Below, piece by piece: positions 55,432 to 64,000 of a stretch of DNA of 64,000 nt. Numbering within the stretch: position 1 is the stretch's first letter; every line of letters starts with the position of its first letter. A program made the translations under genes and the position numbers. The notes beneath the pieces were generated by a model. That model searched no databases, was not told the DNA's origin, and saw only the letters and a program-made list of their open reading frames with translations. Origin of the DNA: Balanoglossus misakiensis (taxonomy: Eukaryota > Animalia > Hemichordata); NCBI GenBank assembly GCA_040954595.2, contig CM082596.2, positions 780,736 through 844,735 of the forward strand. Reading direction: 5' to 3'.

Positions 55432-57411
55432 TAGAAAAAGTTCAACGTTTGTGACTGAAAGGTGTCAAATATTACTGTTGCTGAGGTAACAGCTAAGAGC
55501 TTCCAATGTTGGATATTTATGAATCAATTCAGGAAATTATTTGGTGCCTGGAGAGGCAGATTAAACGTAGCATTACAAGAATGACAGAAACAATAACTGG
55601 GGTTACTGAATTCATGCGAGAATGACATCTTAATATCAAATTGATAAAGCATTCATGGATCATAATGTCATTTAACGAACCAGTGATGACTCTCTCAGTA
55701 AGATAGCAGCAGTTGTGGTTTGGTTCATTCAAGTAGCGTTTGGAAACTGACTCCAACAAATAACTCATGCAGAGATCTAAGTTTTGAAGTTGGTGGTTTG
55801 GGAATAAAAATAGATTGAACTATAAAAGTAGAGAGAAGATTTTTGTCTCTAAATTTTAAACTTTGACTTTGAAAGCATGATGATCACTGGTAATTTCAAG
55901 TTGCAGCAGCTGGCAAGAGAACAAGGACATTTTAATACAGACATAACAGACAAATTATATTCCAAATGACTCTCTTGCCTTGAATATAATTTTATGAGAA
56001 TTGACTTATTGATCTTATGCTGAATTATCAATATTATGCAGAATGTATGTACACAGCCTTGTACATAATACATTGAGGCAGTTTTTCCATTCTGTGTTGC
56101 ATAGCTGCATTGCATTTGAAAGACAGGGCTAAAAATATGATAATAAAGTATTTTAGCATTTTTCTGTCTTATAAAAATAACTTCCCATAATCATGTGGTT
56201 GAATATAAATATCAAAATAACATCAAAAGATCCAGTTTGCTCTTTAATGTCACGATCATAATTCATTGATTACTTTGAAAATTAAGCCAATTTTAGCTGT
56301 TTGCATAGTGACATTTGAACAGCATTACATTTGATGAATTATTGTATGATTACATTGACTCAGCCGTCAATAGCCTCGCCCAACCACTTCTCAGTGCATG
56401 CACTGACCTTTTTGTCGCAGGCGTGTGGTTCACAACAGAGAAACCACCATGGATAGAATCAACAGAAAATATCACAAAGATACATTGAGGTTGGAAAAAA
56501 AATACAGACATGCTGCGTAGAGGGTCACCTTGTTGACATTACTGTGAGAGTTGAATGTGTAAAGTTGCGTTTGCATTAGATTAAGTATTATAATTGGTTT
56601 TTCATCAGCGTTAGACAAGTCATATTTATGAATTTTTACCTGCTTAGGGGGCTGAGCTGATTCCTGGCATTGTGACCCATGAAATCAATGACAGGTTTTC
56701 TGCAAATTGTGTTCAACTACCTGGCTAGTAAAACCCCTAATTTACTGAAATTAGAGTCGTGTAATTTTTGATAGAACTTGAGGTTAGAGCAGTCAATAGT
56801 CCTGGTCAATAGTTCGTACTCTGAATACCTAGTTCGGTCAGTGAGATGGCTATACGTGTTAAAAGTAAAATGGCTATTAAGTTTTCGGTATTTTTGTCCA
56901 TAGCTTCATGTACCATCACATTTAATTGGCAGCATAAGTACCTTGGAGCTAATTTTGACCACAATATGAACCACGTCACCACACCTTGGCTGAAACGTCT
57001 GTTATTCTTGCTAGTTTCGTCATCATATTGGATGTGTACCGGTAGTTTAAACATAATTCCTAAATGGTACAGACTTGCATCCCACACCTCATACAGAACA
57101 AGATGCTGCTATTGTAATTCCTACTTCCAAAATGTGCACAATTTTTTTATGATTTGTTCACTTGCGTGCAACAAGGGGAATAATACTGGTATGGCTTTTA
57201 TTTTGGTCACCAAAAATGATCAAATCTATGAATAGCATCATTAAAATTTTGATTAAACTGTCAGAAATAGTAAGTGGTATTTTGCATGAACTAGTTTTCC
57301 TGTTTTTATGAGTTTCATTTTGTAGAGGGATAATAGGCTTTAACTTTTAAAGGTTATTTCACTATTTTTGTCTGCATAATAACTACAGCTTCTTGTCCCC
57401 CATACTAAAGA

Positions 57412-57486
57412 ATGGTTCAGTCCAAACTCATTGTTTTCTATGGTAAGGATGGACCCCTAAAGAGGGAACTGGGGTGAAAGGGTTAA
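57412..57486 (+). mobile_element. piggyBac-like MITE fragment (right end)
   Basis: Same core as 52491-52518, ending ggggtgaaaggg-TTAA. This is the inverse of the TTAA-cc(c/t)tttcacc left end, and CCC..GGG termini with TTAA are typical of piggyBac. Confidence 0.6.
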
Positions 57487-60400
57487 ATTACAATATGCAC
57501 TGATGTGCAATGCTGTTGTTGACATTTGAATTTAGTCCGGACTAAAATTTCAGTTGACAACGATAAACTTCTGGTTATATGTAACTGTATATTCTGCATA
57601 TGATACACCGAACAAATAAAAATAGTCAAAAGGTACAGCTAATGTCTCTCTAATGTACTGTACCTACACTGCTAAAAAATAAATAGAAGATGATTCGGTC
57701 ATTAGCCATTGTTGCAGCTCTACCATTCTCTAAAGAAAAGCAAACTAATATTTTACCATCTCATTTCGCACACTCTTTTGTATGTCGCGAATATTCTTTC
57801 TTCCATTCTTGTTGATGTTATTGTAGAACCCCTGGCCCTGAACATCCATTACTGAACCAATTAGGAAGATGTAAGTAATTGTCATCAGAGTGAATGTGAC
57901 TTTCTTTATTAAGAGTCCCATTATCCAGTTGTTGTGTCTCTCACAGTCACATCATCAGCAAGGGATACATACGGCGCTGTTGTCCGGTCATAACATGGCA
58001 ACCCCGACTGTGATAATTAGAAGTCTTTCAAAAGCTTAATGTGGGATTAATGTCAGTGTTGACTTAATTATATCCTGTCCTGTCATAATTATGTTAGAAA
58101 TTGGTGTGGAACTTGATGAGGAATCTTGTAATCCCAGTATCATTTCCTGACATGAGCCCCACTTATCTGCCACCTTTTGCAGTCACAAAAAGTCACAATT
58201 ATTTTGCAGCGGAATACGTGCAGCGAACAACTCTCTTGTATGTGAATTATCTTGTTTTTCATTCTTCACGATGCAGTTCATTAAATTTTAATTTATTTAA
58301 TCATAACTCATGCATAAACATTACCTGTCAGAAATGCCATTTTAAAAATTTTATCACTCATAATATAATTATCAAATCATGCAAGGAGTCTGATAAAAAA
58401 ACTAACTCTAGGCTCTTTTTTAATACTCATTGTCATCATACCTTATTTCAATATAACAATTTTCATATATGCATGTAATATTGATATTTGAAATTATAGT
58501 CTTGCTAGATGCAGTATAGAAGAAAGGAAGTCAGATTGCATCTACCGGTACATTGTATCCAGAGATGCTCAAACTCGTTTGCTTCCAATACAACAACGTA
58601 CTGAACAATTACCCTTCAACATACATGTACCTTCAAGGCACTGCAAAGTTGATCTTCACCTTGATAGCTGACCTAATTACCTGGTTTGAACCTGAACTTG
58701 AATTGCAATCATTGAACAAGCCAATCTAGGCATATATTACACAGAAAGAGGTCATTTTTGTTATGGTAGATTCGAAGGTCATGGAATGGATAGACTTTCA
58801 TTGGACATTAATTAGTGTTAAACTATTTCACCTTTCAAACACACACAGTAACATACTAAATTGCATTACGTTTTAGTCTGTCATGAAATGTGCATAATGC
58901 GCAGTATTGTTCTTGATAACTACAGAATTTAGATCTCAGAATTATATTCAATTGTAACAGAAAGAGGGCACTGGTAATTTATCTGAGTTGACAATTAGAA
59001 TTCCCAGGTAGAGCAAGAAGCATGCACTTAGTACATAGAACAAAGATGCTGAAAAAATGTTCTCAACATTTGCAGCCATTGCTGCTTCAATGTCTTTCAA
59101 TTTTATGAAACAGTCTTTCGTTTCCTGAATAGTTTTGCAGTAACCATACTATGAACAGCCACACTGTGCTTCAATCGCAAACTTCAAATGGAAATTAGTT
59201 GATTTGACCAGAGCAGGATATTTGGTTCATTGCACGTAATCATAGATAAAATTCACTCAAGTAAGTAGTCTGCAGGATATTAAAATATCTCCAGGGCAAA
59301 GAGAGATATCACTGGAATTATTCACTACTCTAAGTATTTGAAGCGTCTTTTATTTACAGATGAAGTGGTCACATAGACCTTCGCATTTGTTTCATGATGT
59401 GGTTTTCTTTTTAAAAAATCAAGATTTACTAAAACCATAGTCTCAAATATCTATTAAATATCTATTTTATTTCCGTAAAGTATTAACATTGAACTATTAC
59501 AGTTATTTTCCTCTGTTTTCTTGTAAATTGCTGACTTATTTCTACACGATTTTCCTACATTTATCTGGCAATATTTAGTGTCAGAATGAAATAGAAACTC
59601 AACCTTTGAAATTGCAGGAGCAATTAAAACTAATTACTAGTGAGTATTTCTAATTACTTAAATTAGAAAAGCAAGTGAAGACGGAAACTAGTCGTGCATG
59701 ACCATGATCCAGACAAGGCTTTCAAATGTTATCACCTGCGTTAATGGCTTCTAATTTCCATCATCCCAGCATTGCACTGGAACTTTGTGTCTTGCATCAA
59801 TGATCAGGGTGGCCCCTTGTTTACCTCAGTTTTGAATTTTCTGACAAACATGGAAATCTAAAATATCTATTTGTGCTGGACTCTAATTTTTTAGTCTAAT
59901 TAAATTTGACATGTTTGTAGAGTTGTTGATCACTATTAAACATAATGCTGATTGTGTTTTATAATTAATGTCTTGATATGTAACTTTTGTCAGCAAATAA
60001 GTGCTTGTCTGGACTTGAATTTTATTTTCTACAGTAACAAAACCAATTTTATACATACATACATACATGAGGAATTCATGACACTTGAGGATTCAAACAA
60101 GAAATTGTACAGGAGTTGATGCACAAGAAGCGTAGTTTGTCGTCAGAGTTTTAATGATTGTGTGGTGGTGGTTCTGTCTTATTCCAAGTCTTTAAACGCT
60201 GGAGTGATCAGGATATTGAGATTGATGTCTTGAATTCATCACAATAACACCTGGACTGTCTGATAAAATTTGATGGATTGTTTTCACCTTTAACATTGAA
60301 TGACCTACCACTGCATCATGAATGCGCAATAGATAAACTGGGTGTTCGTCCATACAATCAGAGATGCCTATACAGCTATTATTATACTGTACAGTTAGTT

Positions 60401-63400
60401 GATGTGCATATAACTATCATATTGTAAACTGACCTGCATTCATGTTGTCCAGGCTCATTTGTACAAGATAATTTTTTATAAAATAATATTAGCATGATTG
60501 TAATTTCATTGCTAATTATTATTGTTTAATTTTGTGATGTAAAATTCAATCAGCGAAATTTACTTCTTTTGATATCTGTGGTTTGGTATTTATATCGGAT
60601 CGTTTTCAGTGGAGTGGAATTTACTGCTGTGCTCAGCCGGAGGGAAATTAAATAGGTTTAAGACAGGATGTGGATTATGATAGGTAGGATGAGATGAAAT
60701 GGTGCACCTGTGATTGGGGTTTTCAAGTTTTTGCTCCAAGCAACCAAAGAACGACATGTCACTTCAAAACCGAATCAGAAAATGAAAAATCTGAGTATGT
60801 ACATTTCTTGCGAGTGGTCTTATTACGCCGAGGCAGAGCACATATTGAAGGAAAAAAGTAATTTAGCTAATCACTTGCTGGGAAGCTGTATATGTCTGCA
60901 TTCCGAAATCAAAATAGTGTGTCCTTCGGGAGAAATCAGGAAAACGTGAACACAGGCTCTGTCTAGTGCTTTGAAGTCTGTGGTATCAGTTTGAGAAGTT
61001 GGCAGACATCCAGTGAACCCATGATGACAGGAAAAAAAGGGCAAAAAGAAATCTATAGATAAATAGTTCAAAGAAGTTCAGCCTTATCAAGTTAACTGAT
61101 CAGAAGGCATTGAGTAAAATGTCCGGCAATGCAAAGTGCACTTGAAATGTAATTTAATACAATACTAAGACGTCTGGCAAAGGATATTGACTTCATTCTA
61201 CAGAATTATTTTATTATACATGACCTTTTTAAATCAAAGGGAGAGATTAGTTTTGATTCGTCCTTGATTCGATCAGGTGCAGTAGTATTAGTAGACAGTC
61301 AGAAAGATGCATAATGTAGGTTACTTTCAAGGTGACCATGTTCATATCATTCTGGAAATTTGCGGTAGGGAAACCTGGTACTTTTCAAATGTGTAGTGCA
61401 AAGGGGTAGCCATATAACTCTAACTTTTGGCCAAATTTGGTGTTTTCATGTTAGAAATATACTTGATCGTTCATATACTTGACCAGATTCTGCAGTGGCG
61501 GAACTTGGAAGGAGGCAGTTTTTGAGGCAGGGAAAGTGAGGATGATCATTTGTCTGAAGGCATATTCTCCTGAACAGTACAGTAAACCATCTTGGCTGGG
61601 AGATACCTAGCATAGGAGATCCAATTGGATTTTTTATTCTGTCAGTCGCTGAGTCATTGATGACACTAGAAGTCTCTGAAATGACTTGAGAAACACAAGA
61701 TTTAAGGGACATCCCTGGGGCTTTTCCTATTCCCAGAATATAAGACTTGAGACAGGATCTTATGCTGCAAGTGTAAAGCTTTTTAAATTACTTGGTAAAT
61801 TTACCTGCAAGTGGTTCTGTGTATCTCTCACTTTGAATTAAGCTTCTCTATTGATAGACACTGTTCTGTGTGAGAGTTCATGTAATGATACTGTGACCAA
61901 TGTAATTGAAAACCTTACTCTGGCACACCAAATTCAAAGGAGATGCGTTCTTGTGCACAAAATAACTTGCTTTCGCAGATTACTGTGGCCATTCACTTGA
62001 CATAATTTCCAATTTTCTGAAATGTATGCAGATACAATTAAATTTTAAAATTTTCTTGTTCATAAAACGATGTATATTCAGTGGTATGATGATACTCTGA
62101 ATTCTTGTGATAGGCTTTGGTTTGATAGAAACAGAGTTGATATTTTTCAGTGACTGATCTGTCAGTTTACCGAGTGAAATCTGATGAAATCATGCCTGGG
62201 GGCAATTATATTTGAGCAAATATGCAGAACTGTTATAATCAGACGGTCAAATTGAATTCAACATATAACCATTTGAGAAAGTCTGAAATGCCAACTCCAG
62301 ATGAGGTCACAGACCCTGAATTGATCCAGGTAACTCAGAATCCCGGTGCCCATTTGTACATGATTGCTTCATTGCATTTGATGGTCTTGATGAGTTGAAT
62401 CCAAGCCATAACAGATCACACATATGTCTGGCAGAGACACTGTAATCTCTCTTTAAACTCATGCAGTCAATCTGCAATACAAGTCTATGCAGTTTTGAAA
62501 TTTGGAGCAATGGCTATAAGCTGCTTCTATTAGGTTAATCCTTGTGGACACATAAGCATTTACTGTGCGTATACGTTGTGATGTCAAACAGTTTAGCCAG
62601 GAAATTGTTTTCCTGAAATCTACTATTTCTTTTGCCAAAGTCATTCTGTAAGCTGACAGATTCAATTTTTCTTCACTGCATGGGGAGAATAATAGAAGAA
62701 GTGACAGGGCTACCTTGTGGCAGCATGTCTTGGTACTTAATCTCACGTTTATCATTTCCAAATGTCAGCAATGTAATGCCCCAATATATTCCTAACCAAT
62801 ACCTGATGCAAACGCCCACACAAGACAAGCAAATAAACAGTGGAGTACATTCCAAGTCATCAATTTTATTGCAGCTGCAGATAAAATTGAACTGAATGTA
62901 GTGGAATTGTGTAGAGGTGTGAAGTTCCATAACAGCATACATGCATATGCTGAATTGGAAAAGTTGTGAGATATTCCGTGTGTGACAAAACTGCGAGACC
63001 CGCAGTCGGTGAGTTGGAAATCCAATCGTTAATGCAAGCTGGGGAAATGGTTCAGAACATGGACCGTGCCAGCAGTTATGGCATTGCATGATGCCGATGT
63101 CTTTGATGTTGAGATTATGCCTCATCCACCTGATCAGATTCTCAGAGTCTAAGTCCTGCTATAATTGGAGTCGTGCAAATAAAGCGGAAATGTTGATGTC
63201 TATGCCGGCACACGGAGAGGCAATAAAAAGCAGGATAAACTTGGACTTGGTCAGCTGGAAATGCAACATTAATGCACACATTGTAACTTTAACTCGAACA
63301 TTCAAACGAAGATAAATTCTGTTGATAACGATCGGGTAGGTGTCTTTGAAGTTGTGATAAAACAGAAAGATATCACAGTCTCTAGGGCTTTGTGGGTAGT

Positions 63401-64000
63401 GCCCAATTATTTTTCTCATCTTTTGCTCAATAGCACACTTTCACTTAGCTCCTTGAAATGTGTGTCACTGCTCAGTCACATGACAGGAAAATTATGCATA
63501 GGTGGTATTGTAGAGAGTGATATGTCAGTTGTTTAAGAATTGAGTAGTAAATATTGATTTCACAATTAAAAGTCATGTTGAGGCAATTAATTTGGAAGTG
63601 GTTTCAATTAGGAATTTATGAAACCTTGTATTTATCCCAAATGTTGAACTGCTTTTATCACTCAAGGATATATGCATTTAAAGTTCGTTAACCTGTACAT
63701 CGGATGTTTGTTTCTTTGCACTGGAAGGAGGGAAGGAGGATGGGGAGAATATAAAATGGAATTATCATGGAATAACGTGCATGTTTCATGAGGGAAGGAT
63801 AATTGCCACGTAGGACCAGTTGAGCAAGTCTGTTGAGCTGAGAAAGTCTCTAAACCTGTCTGCATTATTGATAACCATGTGCAAACATGGTTCTTAAGTT
63901 AGCAATGCATGGTCATTATTAATGCATAGTTCAATAAATTATTGTACAGGGATATGGTACACAGCAAGCTAGAGAATTATAGACAAGAATGGTCGTTGTG

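Overview
AT-rich, intron-rich eukaryotic (animal-like) DNA. The repeat style suggests a marine invertebrate, which is inference only. Two protein-coding genes are supported, arranged head-to-head about 29 kb apart. (1) On the minus strand at the left end is a spliced, secreted, two-domain expansin-like gene (EXLX/YoaJ-type). Its exons are 3656-3435, 446-250 and 53-<1, and it runs off the window. It encodes a signal peptide, a Cys-rich DPBB (D1) domain with both conserved Asp residues, and the start of a CBM63-like (D2) domain with the WW pair. This is unusual for an animal genome and is the main finding. Intron 2 also carries an in-frame stop and an AATAAA that could yield a D1-only, loosenin-like isoform. 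(2) On the plus strand is the first coding exon (32922-32997) of an ELK-subfamily KCNH potassium channel, followed by an intron of at least 31 kb with no recognisable exon 2. The rest is non-coding: microsatellites, MITE-like relics, long inverted repeats, a degenerate minisatellite, and candidate STAT, RFX and CNC-sMaf site clusters. Most ORFs in the supplied track appear spurious.
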